Origin: Patescibacteria group bacterium
GTDB lineage: Bacteria > Patescibacteriota > Microgenomatia > UBA1406
Direction: 5' to 3'
Assembly (NCBI GenBank): GCA_041665145.1
Contig: JBAYJK010000001.1
Span: 10,779-74,778 of the forward strand
Length of the DNA stretch: 64,000 nt
The stretch's first letter is position 1. The number at the start of each line of letters is the position of its first letter. This document shows positions 28,465 to 36,724 of the stretch, in pieces. The translations under genes and the position numbers were made by a program. The notes below the pieces were generated by a model. The model searched no databases, was not told the origin of the DNA, and saw only the letters and a program-made list of their open reading frames with translations.

Positions 28465-28884
28465 TTAGGTAACGCGTGCGCTCTCAAGATTCTGATCGTC
28501 CGTGAAGACAATCTCACCGCCACCCATTCCTTCGGGTGGCCAGGTGTGGAAGTACAGCATCCCGTCATCGGGACGCACTGCCTCCACTTTCAAGAGATCA
28601 TACACGTCGCCTTCGAACAACACAACCATGCCGCCGCCCTCGCGCCATGCGACCTTTCCCTTATAGACAGTCGTGTCAGACGGCGACATGCCGCTGAGCT
28701 CAACTTCGTCAGGGATTACAGTTCCTGACTCCATAAGGATTAAGCCCTTCCTGCCACTGGGCAGCGTAACGAAACGGACTTGCAAAACCAGCTCAAGGCC
28801 CGCATTGCGGCCTGGCCGACCCTGCAAAATCCACCGCAAGACACTGTCTTGCGGCACCAACCGTCGGTTTCCTGAGCGATACAT
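28465..28884 (-). CDS. Hypothetical protein (139 aa) in a high-GC patch
   Basis: The ATG at 28884 has a GGAGG 8 nt upstream and a TATAAT about 35 nt upstream. A strong terminator follows. No family was recognised. Confidence 0.5.
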   Translation of the reverse strand: MYRSGNRRLVPQDSVLRWILQGRPGRNAGLELVLQVRFVTLPSGRKGLILMESGTVIPDEVELSGMSPSDTTVYKGKVAWREGGGMVVLFEGDVYDLLKVEAVRPDDGMLYFHTWPPEGMGGGEIVFTDDQNLESARVT

Positions 28885-28950
28885 GTTAGTTGCCTCCGTA
28901 AAAAAGTTATCCGACTTCATATTATAGCACCGCGGAGCTCCACATTCAAC

Positions 28951-29211
28951 TTATAGCATTGGCAATGGGGATATTAAGCGTTTGTTTCTGAAGGCAAAAC
29001 CTGAATTTGTTTTGAGATATGTTTCAAAATCCAACGCTTTCTTTTTGGAGACAAAAGCCGCGTAAAAAGCCAGTTTCAATGGCCGACAGTTTTTGGTTTG
29101 TGTAACCAACCCATTCATATGAGCGCTTACCCGATATTGTAGGCAAGATGAAAAACCAATGTAATATCTGCCTGTAGAGAGTCTAAGGATATATGTATAA
29201 AACACAAACAA
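28951..29211 (-). CDS. Small GIY-YIG (YhbQ/UPF0213-like) nuclease-domain protein
   Basis: FYTYILRLSTGRYYIGFSS...RVSAHMNG...ETYLKT follows the GIY-YIG pattern. The start is TTG at 29211 or GTG at 29205. Confidence 0.65.
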   Translation of the reverse strand: MFVFYTYILRLSTGRYYIGFSSCLQYRVSAHMNGLVTQTKNCRPLKLAFYAAFVSKKKALDFETYLKTNSGFAFRNKRLISPLPML

Positions 29212-29263
29212 AGAATACAGAGAGAAAGGAAAAAAGACTACGGTTTATATACATCAATACGGT

Positions 29264-29291
29264 GCCACTTCGCCCTACGGGCTACGTTGGG
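29264..29291 (-). repeat. Diverged copy of the 28-nt hairpin repeat also found at 48136 and 58871
   Basis: gccacTTCGCCCTacGGGCTacgttGGG compared with cctccTTCGCCCTttGGGCTtcggcGGG. Lies about 90 nt downstream of the ssrA 3' end on the same strand. Confidence 0.45.
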
Positions 29292-29378
29292 CACACCCCT
29301 TCTGTCATGGTTCCAAACTAAGATAGAAGGATAAGTGCCGTGCACCTACCGTAGTCCCGGCTATGCCGCGGACGAAGG

Positions 29379-29763
29379 GGTGGAGATGCCCGGAGTTGAA
29401 CCGGGGTGCAAAAGTTTGTCCTTATCGGTTTTGTAGCAAAGTTTAGTCCCGCCTTTCGGCGAGGCAAGCGAGATCATTTATTTCTCGGTCGACGTCGGTA
29501 GATCTCATTCCCCGTCAACCAAAGCCGAAAGTTTTCGCCAGTCACTACTTATCGGCGTCCATAGTGGTGACGCCCCGCTAAGCGGGGAAATGAAGCTTAC
29601 GCAGCGTAAGCGAACTGATAAGAAGCAAAAGCTCCTTGATCAGCTGCACTTAGATACTCAGCCTCATCGCGTGAGAGTTTTTCTGCACGTATTTTGCTAT
29701 TTAACGGATAGATCCGACCTGCAACCAATAAGGCCACGACTCTTGTCGATGCCCGTCATCCCC
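29379..29763 (-). ncRNA. ssrA: tmRNA
   Basis: The 5' GGGGATGACGGGCATCGAC pairs with the 3' ...GGTTCAACTCCGGGCATCTCCACC to give a tRNA-Ala-like acceptor with G3:U70 and a TTCAACT T-loop. The internal frame ...GCTTTTGCTTCTTATCAGTTCGCTTACGCTGCGTAA encodes ...AFASYQFAYAA*. smpB lies immediately upstream. Confidence 0.85.
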
Positions 29764-29773
29764 AATTAAAAGA

Positions 29774-29865
29774 AAATTCGAAATACGAAGTACGAAATCC
29801 GAAACTTCTTTTGGAACTTAAAGCTTCGAGTTTGTTTCGAGATTCGATATTCGAATTTCGTATTT
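29774..29865 (-). terminator. Long imperfect AT-rich hairpin between the smpB stop and the ssrA 5' end
   Basis: The 32-nt arms 29774-29805 and 29834-29865 are complementary at 24 of 32 positions by my count. On the minus strand a T-rich run (ttttcttttaatt) follows. Confidence 0.35.
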
Positions 29866-30313
29866 ACTTTTTCAAATATTCTTTCGCTGCCTGTTTCTCG
29901 TGACGTTTGATGTCACGATTCTTTTCGACGGACTTAACTTCGTAGGCCTTTTTGCCTTTTGAAAGAGCGATCTCAAGCTTCAGAAAACTGTTCTTAGTAT
30001 AACATTTTAGGGGTATGATGGTCAAACCCGGATGTTCTTTGATTTTGCTTTGGAGACGCACCATTTCATGTTTTTTGAGCAGTATTTTTCGGGTTCGTTT
30101 CGGATCATAATCGTCGAGGTGAGCAAATTTGTACTGCGGAATTTCGGCATTGATCCAGTACAATTCTTTATTCATGAATTTTATGAAGCTTCCCTGGAAA
30201 ACAAGGCGATTGTCCCGGATAGCCTTCACCTCCGGTCCAGTCAATTTGACGCCGGCTTCATATGTTTCCACAATAGTGAATTCCCTGTATCCTTCTTTAT
30301 TGATAAGTTCCAT
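29864..30313 (-). CDS. smpB: SsrA-binding protein
   Basis: YEAGVKLTGPEVKAIR...WINAEIPQYKFAH...DPKRTRKILLKKHE...LKLEIALSKGKK. TACAAT lies 6 nt upstream of the ATG. Confidence 0.92.
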   Translation of the reverse strand: MELINKEGYREFTIVETYEAGVKLTGPEVKAIRDNRLVFQGSFIKFMNKELYWINAEIPQYKFAHLDDYDPKRTRKILLKKHEMVRLQSKIKEHPGLTIIPLKCYTKNSFLKLEIALSKGKKAYEVKSVEKNRDIKRHEKQAAKEYLKK

Positions 30314-30431
30314 AGAAGTATTGTAACACGCGTCTTCACTATCACATATTTTTGTACTACAAAGTACATTAACTTAATAAAGAGAATGGTGTTTGTTGCG
30401 AAAGATCCTCAGAGCATATAGAATAACCCCT

Positions 30432-31388
30432 ATGACTACTAAAGGTACGGCAATTGCGGCAATCGGGAATGTGTATGTGGAAACCAACTACCTCGGGCTT
30501 GTTACGGACGACTCATTAATGCTCAAACCGGGTAAAGAATACCGAGCAAGCTCGTGGGAAGTGCGACCGGGCGGATCGGTTGTAAACTTTGCGGTTCAAA
30601 CAAAACGTCTTGGGGGAACGGTCGGACTCATCGGAAAAGTCGGCGATGACGGACCGGGACACCAACTATTTACGTTGCTCAAAGAATACGGTATTGCCGC
30701 GGACCTCGTGAAGTTGGACAAGAACCCGGCAGTTCAGACAAGCGTTGACACGGGAGTAATACTAAAAGGCGGAGAGAATATTCAACTCGTTGCAGGCAAC
30801 GCCAATCAAACGTTATCCGTCAAAGACATTAATCTTCAAAATCCGTTTTTTGATACGGTGGGCGCTGTGTATTTAGGCGGATTTCTTAAGCAAACAAATC
30901 TATTTAAGGACTATCCAATGTTGCTTGGTACTTTAGCAAAACGCGGGATGCGAATTTTCCTCGATCACGGACGAATTCCTGTCGATGCAACCAAAGATCA
31001 ATTTCAGTCACTTGCCGACTCTATGCAATATGTAGAGGGATATTTTCCAAATCTCGAAGAGCTTTTAGGTCTTACCAAACAAAATGATCTAACAAAAGCA
31101 TTAGAAATAGCTTTACGTATGGGTCCGAAAATAGTTGTTGTCAAGTTAGGTAAAGGCGGATGCAGGATTAAAAATGCTCACACAGACATCACGGTACCCG
31201 GCCATGTTGTAACTGCAGTCAGTACCGTCGGGGCAGGGGACGCTTTTAATGCAGGATTTCTTTCACAATACCTTACAGGTGTTCCACTCAAAGAATCAGG
31301 GGAGTTTGCCAATGCGACGGCGGCATTGAGAGTCAGTACGAATGTGAATCCGACAACCGAACAAGTACTTCAATTTCTCGGTAAGTAA
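30432..31388 (+). CDS. PfkB-family carbohydrate kinase
   Basis: C-terminal signature VSTVGAGDAFNAGFL. N-terminal GG dipeptide region (VRPGGSVVNFA). The ATG lies 7 nt after TAGAAT. Confidence 0.8.
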   Translation: MTTKGTAIAAIGNVYVETNYLGLVTDDSLMLKPGKEYRASSWEVRPGGSVVNFAVQTKRLGGTVGLIGKVGDDGPGHQLFTLLKEYGIAADLVKLDKNPAVQTSVDTGVILKGGENIQLVAGNANQTLSVKDINLQNPFFDTVGAVYLGGFLKQTNLFKDYPMLLGTLAKRGMRIFLDHGRIPVDATKDQFQSLADSMQYVEGYFPNLEELLGLTKQNDLTKALEIALRMGPKIVVVKLGKGGCRIKNAHTDITVPGHVVTAVSTVGAGDAFNAGFLSQYLTGVPLKESGEFANATAALRVSTNVNPTTEQVLQFLGK

Positions 31389-31441
31389 ACAAACACAGAG
31401 CTTTATTTGTATTGCTTTTTGATAAATACTATAATTCTTGT

Positions 31442-32599
31442 ATGAAAAAACTATTTTTGTTTCTTTTAACCCTTATGTTGTTATTTCCCCACGTTGTTTC
31501 TGCCCAGACATTTGATAACGGCAAAAACATTGTATTGTCCAAAGATACCATTGTTAACGAAAACTATTTTGCTGCAGGAAGCGCGGTAACTGTTCTAGGA
31601 ACCGTAAACGGCGATACATATGTGGCAGGTGGGACTGTGACGATTGACGGAACGCTGAACGGAGACCTGTTTGTTGCAGCAGGAACCGTGAATGTTGACG
31701 GAACTGTTACCGGAAGCGTGCGGAGCGCTGGTGGACAAATAACCGTTTCCGGAACAGTTGACGGAAACATTACCGCCTTCGGTGGAAACGTCACACTTGT
31801 CAAAACGGCAGCTATCGGGAAAAGCGTTGTGATTGCCGGAGGGCAAATACACGTTATGGCTCCGGTTACACTGGGTGCGGTGTTGGTTGGTGGGCAAGTG
31901 ACGGTAAGTGAAAAAATCGGAGGAAATCTACTTGCTGCGACAGGAACGCTTGTGCTTACACCTAATGCCAGCATAGATGGTAACGCTACATATTACAGCG
32001 AGACCAAAGCAACCATGCAACCGGGCGCAACTGTCTCCGGTATGATTAATTTCCATAAGCAGACATACACACAAGACATGAAGGTAAGGGCAGAAGTAGC
32101 CCAAAACGCATCGCGTAGTGCCGGAATTGCTTTCAAGGTTTTCAGCTTCCTCGCAGCTTGTATTGTCGGGTGGTTGTTAATGTATCTGGCTCCCAAGTTC
32201 ATGAAGAAGACCACGGACTATATGGACAAACAGCTCATGATGTCTGCGGGAATCGGATTTATAACCCTTATACTCATGCCGGTACTTATGGTGATGCTGT
32301 TCATAACGTTACTCGGTATGCCGATTGCCTTCTTCTTGATGTTTGCTCTTGTAACTCTGTTGTACATTTCCCATATCTTTGTCGGCTTGTATGTCGGGGA
32401 AAAGGTTTTCAGAATGCTTAAGGTTAAGCAGTCCCCATACTTAGCTCTATTTGTCGGGCTCGCAGTACTGGCGCTTGCTACTTCGATTCCGTTCATCGGA
32501 GGGCTGGTGTGTCTCCTTGCCACCGTCATCGGAGTAGGAGCTGTTATTGAGACCAAAAAAGCCTATTTCACTCTTTTGAAAACAAAAGAACTGATCTAG
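31442..32599 (+). CDS. Membrane protein with an exported beta-helix (bactofilin/DUF583-like) repeat domain and a C-terminal 4-TM region
   Basis: Signal peptide MKKLFLFLLTLMLLFPHVVSA. Repeats of G(T/S)V(T/N)(I/V)DGT(L/V)(N/T)G type, followed by four hydrophobic helices. Confidence 0.5.
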   Translation: MKKLFLFLLTLMLLFPHVVSAQTFDNGKNIVLSKDTIVNENYFAAGSAVTVLGTVNGDTYVAGGTVTIDGTLNGDLFVAAGTVNVDGTVTGSVRSAGGQITVSGTVDGNITAFGGNVTLVKTAAIGKSVVIAGGQIHVMAPVTLGAVLVGGQVTVSEKIGGNLLAATGTLVLTPNASIDGNATYYSETKATMQPGATVSGMINFHKQTYTQDMKVRAEVAQNASRSAGIAFKVFSFLAACIVGWLLMYLAPKFMKKTTDYMDKQLMMSAGIGFITLILMPVLMVMLFITLLGMPIAFFLMFALVTLLYISHIFVGLYVGEKVFRMLKVKQSPYLALFVGLAVLALATSIPFIGGLVCLLATVIGVGAVIETKKAYFTLLKTKELI

Positions 32600-32611
32600 T
32601 TAGCTGGAAGA

Positions 32612-32839
32612 TTATTGGTTCAGAGTATCTGGGATGCCCTTTGTCGGGCAGGGAGCAAAATCACAGCTTGGCGGTACGCGGCCAACCGCACTGCCGTCGG
32701 GACAGAGCTGTGCGTCCAGTGTACACGCAATTTCTTTGGGACCTGTAGGAACCTGCATTTTCATGACAACCAATCCGAGTACTATCAGCACGCCGAGTAC
32801 GGCAATCACAACCCATCCGACAAGTGCTTGTTGTTTCAT
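32612..32839 (-). CDS. Small membrane-anchored Cys-motif protein
   Basis: One TM helix, then CTLDAQLCPDGSAVGRVPPSCDFAPC. The ATG at 32839 has TATCAT 6 nt upstream. Confidence 0.5.
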   Translation of the reverse strand: MKQQALVGWVVIAVLGVLIVLGLVVMKMQVPTGPKEIACTLDAQLCPDGSAVGRVPPSCDFAPCPTKGIPDTLNQ

Positions 32840-32882
32840 AGGATAATGATACCGAAAATAAATCATTTTGTATAATCTTCGC

Positions 32883-33659
32883 ATGAACTATCTGTATGCA
32901 GTAATTCTCGGAGTAGTTGAAGGCCTTACCGAATTTTTACCCATATCGTCCACTGCGCATCTCATTATCGCAACAAAAATTCTCGGTCTTCCGCAAAGCG
33001 AATATTGGAAGTTCTTTGAGATTTTTATTCAGGCCGGTGCGATTCTTGCAGTCGCCCTCGCATTTACCAAAACATTGACGGATAAAAAGATGCTTATAAA
33101 CCTCGGGTTCAGTTTTGTTCCTACGGCTATTGTCGGATTTGTTTTGTACAAAGTGATTAAGGGTTATTTTCTTGGCAATATGGTTCTTTTAAGTTTAGCT
33201 CTTATTCTGTTCGGAGTCGTATTTCTACTGCTCGAGCGAAAAATACAAAAAGGGGAAATAAAATTGCACAGAAAAAACAAGGATATGAATTTTGTTGATG
33301 CGACGATCCTCGGTTTATGCCAGGCGCTTGCCGTTATTCCGGGGGTTTCACGGGCGGGAATTGTTATGGTTGGGGGAATGTTACGGGGGTTTGAGCGGGT
33401 TGAAATAGCCCTGTTTTCCTTTATGCTCGCAGTTCCCACTATTCTTTCCGCAGCAGCTTTTGATGCTCTAAAAACAGACCGGTCGGTTATAACACAGAAT
33501 CTTTCGGTAAGCATAGTTGGATTTGTTTCCGCGTTTATTTCCGCGTACTTTGTTGTCCGGTGGCTTATTGGTTTTCTTCAGCGGAAAGACTTAACCGGGT
33601 TCGCCTGGTACCGTATTGCTGTCGGAATACTTGTATTACTATTTTTCTCGCGCGTTTAA
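32883..33659 (+). CDS. uppP: Undecaprenyl-diphosphate phosphatase
   Basis: GVVEGLTEFLPISSTAHL and IPGVSRAG motifs. 7-8 TM helices. TATAAT lies 6 nt upstream of the ATG. Confidence 0.9.
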   Translation: MNYLYAVILGVVEGLTEFLPISSTAHLIIATKILGLPQSEYWKFFEIFIQAGAILAVALAFTKTLTDKKMLINLGFSFVPTAIVGFVLYKVIKGYFLGNMVLLSLALILFGVVFLLLERKIQKGEIKLHRKNKDMNFVDATILGLCQALAVIPGVSRAGIVMVGGMLRGFERVEIALFSFMLAVPTILSAAAFDALKTDRSVITQNLSVSIVGFVSAFISAYFVVRWLIGFLQRKDLTGFAWYRIAVGILVLLFFSRV

Positions 33660-33663
33660 CACT

Positions 33664-34527
33664 ATGCCGGAACTACCGGAAGTTGAAACAATCCGTGGGC
33701 AACTGGCCCAGTATATTGTCGGGAAAACCATTCAGTCCATTAATGTTCTCGATTCACTTTTAGGTGAATATTTAACGGTAGAAAAAGTCTTAATGTCCAA
33801 AAGTCTGAAAGTCAACGGTGTTGAGCGGAGGGCGAAAGTTCTGCTTATTAAGTTGAGTAACGGACAATATTTAGCAATTCATCTTAAAATGACAGGGCGG
33901 GTTATTTATCGGGATGAGCAGGTGACAAGTAAATCTCTGAAAATATCGGACTTTGATTTACAGGAACTTCCCAATAAGTTTACCCGAGCAGTTATTATGT
34001 TTACGGATGGGAGCAGGATATATTTTCAGGACGAACGGAAATTCGGGTGGATCAAATTACTAACAGAAAAACAATTGGAAACGGACCTTTTAAAAGATCC
34101 GCTCGGTCCCGAGCCCCTTACTCCTCAATTTACGCAAGATTACTTTTCTCGAATGTTAAGTGCTAACAAACAACAGATAAAAGTAATTCTTATGGATCAG
34201 GCAAAGATCGGGGGGATCGGAAATATATATGCGAACGAAGCATTATATATTGCCAAGATTCATCCTCAACGAAAGGCGAATACGTTAACTCCCGATGAGT
34301 CTCAAAAATTATTCGATGCTATCTTAAAAGTACTCAAGAAGGGTTTGGAAACGCACGGAGCATCTGAGGACAATTACCGGGATGCGCTCGGGCAAAAAGG
34401 GTCGTATCACCTTCATTTTCTGGTATACAAACAAAACGGGAAGCCGTGCAAAAACTGCGGGACTAAAATTTTGAGAATAGCAATCGGGGGCAGAGGGACA
34501 TTTCTTTGTCCGACCTGCCAGAACTAG
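33664..34527 (+). CDS. mutM: Formamidopyrimidine-DNA glycosylase
   Basis: N-terminal MPELPEVE. H2TH region. C-terminal zinc finger CKNCGTKILRIAIGGRGTFLCPTCQ. Confidence 0.9.
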   Translation: MPELPEVETIRGQLAQYIVGKTIQSINVLDSLLGEYLTVEKVLMSKSLKVNGVERRAKVLLIKLSNGQYLAIHLKMTGRVIYRDEQVTSKSLKISDFDLQELPNKFTRAVIMFTDGSRIYFQDERKFGWIKLLTEKQLETDLLKDPLGPEPLTPQFTQDYFSRMLSANKQQIKVILMDQAKIGGIGNIYANEALYIAKIHPQRKANTLTPDESQKLFDAILKVLKKGLETHGASEDNYRDALGQKGSYHLHFLVYKQNGKPCKNCGTKILRIAIGGRGTFLCPTCQN

Positions 34528-34600
34528 TGCCGAGGGTGTGAATCGAACACACATCTGGGGTTTTTCAGACCTCCGCCGTGACCACCTTGGCTACCTCGGC
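34528..34600 (-). tRNA. tRNA-Phe (GAA)
   Basis: Cloverleaf: GCCGAGG TA GCC AAGGTGGTCAC GGC G GAGGT CTGAAAA ACCCC AGAT GTGTG TTCGATT CACAC CCTCGGC A. There is one A.C mismatch in the anticodon stem. CCA is not encoded. Confidence 0.75.
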
Positions 34601-34660
34601 ATTACCAAAACAGATTCTATTTTATCATAAGACACTGTTGTTTTGTTATACTGTATTTCC

Positions 34661-35749
34661 ATGTCCGCACACTCCCACAAAATTCCCGGAAGAAACCGTG
34701 TGTTAGATGGGTTGCGGGGGTATGCCGCTCTTATGGTTGCCGTGGGGCATTCCTTTATAACGATCAAAAATTCCTCGCTTGTTGATGAGTTTATTTATAC
34801 GCTCGTTAACGGTGGGGTAGCGGTGAGTATTTTTTTCCTTCTCAGCGGATTTGTTTTAGGAGAGTCACTTGCAAGAGATACAACCGCATCCTTTTTTCTC
34901 AAAAGCATAAAGTTTTATATCAAACGCCTGTTTCGTATTTACCCCGTGTTCTTATTGCAGATACTATTGTTGTCCTTATTTCTCATCAAATGGCCGTATC
35001 AGCATTTCCCCGCAGCATCTGCGTGGTCAGAGTATTGGTTTAACTTCCCGATAACTTTTAAAGAGGTGCTGTCCAATCTGATTTTTAGAAGCACATCTCT
35101 CGGAGGAGTAACGTGGACGTTGAAAGCTGAAATTATCGGATCCTTTTTTCTTCCGTTATTTTACATAATCAGTTCCCGGACACATAAATATGTCGATCTG
35201 TGCATTATCGCCCTGTTAATACTTTTGAGTCCGATATTTCATGTTTCCCGGGAGGTCTCGTTTTTATATGTGTTTTATGCGGGTCTTACCCTTCCGAAGT
35301 GGAAAGGTCAATTTGAAAATATACGACTTAAAGGGATATGGCTTGCCCTTGCCACCTTCGGTTTATTTGCAACGGCAATCACTATCTCATCACTTTCTAT
35401 AGATGTAGATTTTCCTTTTGTCCGCCATATTCCTCTGGTTTTATTTTTGGGGTTACTCGTATATAAGCCGGCTGCGTATGTATCGGATGTTTTGCTTTCG
35501 AAGGCATTCCAATTCCTGGGAAGAATTTCATACAGTTTTTATCTTTTTCATTTCCTGGTGCTGTATATAACCATCCGGTTGCTTTTCAATGTGGTGGATA
35601 ATAATTTCCTGCAACATTACTTTTTTCATTTTGAACTGCTGATTGCGCTCGGAACCATTGCGCTTGCGGCAGGCGTATCATATTTTTCGTATCGGTTTGT
35701 AGAGCAACCATTCATTGCTCTTGGACGAAAAGTCGTCGGCAGACTATAA
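34661..35749 (+). CDS. Acyltransferase family 3 (OafA-like) membrane protein
   Basis: RNRVLDGLRGYAALMVAVGH is the typical N-terminal motif. About 10 TM helices. Confidence 0.75.
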   Translation: MSAHSHKIPGRNRVLDGLRGYAALMVAVGHSFITIKNSSLVDEFIYTLVNGGVAVSIFFLLSGFVLGESLARDTTASFFLKSIKFYIKRLFRIYPVFLLQILLLSLFLIKWPYQHFPAASAWSEYWFNFPITFKEVLSNLIFRSTSLGGVTWTLKAEIIGSFFLPLFYIISSRTHKYVDLCIIALLILLSPIFHVSREVSFLYVFYAGLTLPKWKGQFENIRLKGIWLALATFGLFATAITISSLSIDVDFPFVRHIPLVLFLGLLVYKPAAYVSDVLLSKAFQFLGRISYSFYLFHFLVLYITIRLLFNVVDNNFLQHYFFHFELLIALGTIALAAGVSYFSYRFVEQPFIALGRKVVGRL

Positions 35750-35756
35750 TGGAAAT

Positions 35757-36272
35757 GTGTCAGAAGATAAATACATCCGGAAAGTCCAGACATCCGTAAC
35801 CAACTTCATCCATTGCGGAGATGAATACTTGTTTGTGCAACGCAGCCCGGACAAGCGGGTAGATGCAAACAGGTTAAACGGCGTTGGCGGACGAGTTGAT
35901 CCGGGCGAGAACCATCTGGATGCTTTAATTCGCGAAACAAGAGAAGAAACGGGGTTTGTTATAGACAAAGCAAACATCCAGCTGTCTGGTTTTTTCAGAT
36001 TGGAAGGCGGGTATGCGGAAGACTGGTTAATGTGCTTCTTCCGCACGGAAGTTGTTACGAAAAATATTCCCATGGAACACATGGAGACCAAAGACGGCAA
36101 GCTTTTTTGGTTACACAAAGATGAGGTTCTTAACAGCGGTTTCGAGTTAGTAGACGATCTTAATTATTGCTTCAAAGATATTGTTGAAGGGAAGAATATC
36201 TTTTTCGGGAATGGCCTGGTTAACGAAACCGAGAAAATACAAAAGGTTTCTATCTCCCGCCTTCCGCGCTGA
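35757..36272 (+). CDS. Nudix hydrolase
   Basis: Intact box GGRVDPGENHLDALIRETREETGF. The GTG start at 35757 is preceded by TATAAT-N6. Confidence 0.75.
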   Translation: MSEDKYIRKVQTSVTNFIHCGDEYLFVQRSPDKRVDANRLNGVGGRVDPGENHLDALIRETREETGFVIDKANIQLSGFFRLEGGYAEDWLMCFFRTEVVTKNIPMEHMETKDGKLFWLHKDEVLNSGFELVDDLNYCFKDIVEGKNIFFGNGLVNETEKIQKVSISRLPR

Positions 36273-36299
36273 GCGCGGTTAAGTCACGCTGAGCGTGAC
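36264..36299 (+). terminator. Two tandem GC hairpins sharing the core CGCTGAGCG
   Basis: The hairpins are ccgcgcTGAgcgcgg (36264-36278) and gtcacgcTGAgcgtgac (36283-36299). The loop TGA of the first is the Nudix stop codon. No T-run follows. Confidence 0.4.
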
Positions 36300-36338
36300 A
36301 ACCTCTTCGCTAAGTATCTTCCCGTTCTCACTCAAACA

Positions 36339-36347
36339 TGATACAAT
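36339..36347 (+). promoter_or_regulatory. Extended -10 (TGaTACAAT) driving the pseudo-tRNA / GIY-YIG / tRNA-Gly unit
   Basis: Ends 12 nt upstream of the first tRNA-like G at 36360. Confidence 0.45.
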
Positions 36348-36359
36348 ACCTTTCATATC

Positions 36360-36413
36360 GCGGGATTAGTACAGCGGTAGACGTCCCGCCAGGGCGGGAA
36401 GAAGCGGTTCGCC
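36360..36413 (+). pseudogene. Decayed 5' two-thirds of a tRNA-Gly-like gene
   Basis: The first 21 nt are identical to tRNA-Gly (36651-36671). After that there is a 1-nt deletion, a different hairpin (TCCCGCCAGGGCGGGA) replaces the anticodon arm, AGAAGCGG is shared, and the sequence breaks off in the T-arm (GCGGTTCGCC) at the ATG of the GIY-YIG ORF. Confidence 0.6.
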
Positions 36414-36671
36414 ATGTATACGACATACGTTATACAAAACACTATTTCAGGCAGATTTTATATCGGTTCAACGAATGATATAGATCGAAGACTTAGTGAA
36501 CATAATCGCGGACACACCCCTTCTACGCGACAAAAAGGGAAATGGGTGCTGGTTTATCAAGAGTTGTACACAACAAATAAAGAGGCGCGAGGTAGGGAAT
36601 ATGTGATAAAATCCTATAAAGGTGGAAACGCCTTTAAGAAGTTAATTACCGCGGGATTAGTACAGCGGTAG
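36414..36671 (+). CDS. Small GIY-YIG (YhbQ-like) nuclease-domain protein
   Basis: YVIQNTISGRFYIGSTNDIDRRLSEHNRG...VIKSYKGG. The last six codons plus the TAG stop (AGLVQR*) are encoded by nt 1-21 of tRNA-Gly. Confidence 0.75.
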   Translation: MYTTYVIQNTISGRFYIGSTNDIDRRLSEHNRGHTPSTRQKGKWVLVYQELYTTNKEARGREYVIKSYKGGNAFKKLITAGLVQR

Positions 36672-36724
36672 TACGCTGCCTTGCCAAGGCAGAGAAGCGG
36701 GTCCGACTCCCGTATCCCGCTCCA
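36651..36724 (+). tRNA. tRNA-Gly (GCC), CCA encoded
   Basis: GCGGGAT TA GTAC AGCGGTA GTAC G CTGCC TTGCCAA GGCAG AGAA GCGGG TCCGACT CCCGT ATCCCGC T CCA. Confidence 0.85.

Noticed and set aside
28381-28927. Plus-strand ORFs 28381-28728 and 28673-28927.
   Set aside because: They are antisense shadows of the high-GC minus-strand gene, which alone has a promoter, an SD, a start codon and a terminator in a consistent arrangement.
29764-29863. A cgaaat/tcgaa-rich stretch between smpB and ssrA that looks like a tandem or CRISPR-like repeat.
   Set aside because: It resolves into one long imperfect inverted repeat (24 of 32 positions paired) beginning at the smpB stop. It has no regularly spaced direct repeats or spacers. 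I annotated it as a probable terminator.
31564-31974. Minus-strand ORFs (136 and 100 aa) opposite the beta-helix repeat gene.
   Set aside because: They are antisense to GTVxxDG repeats, have low-complexity translations, and the sense ORF has a signal peptide and a TATAAT-N6-ATG start.
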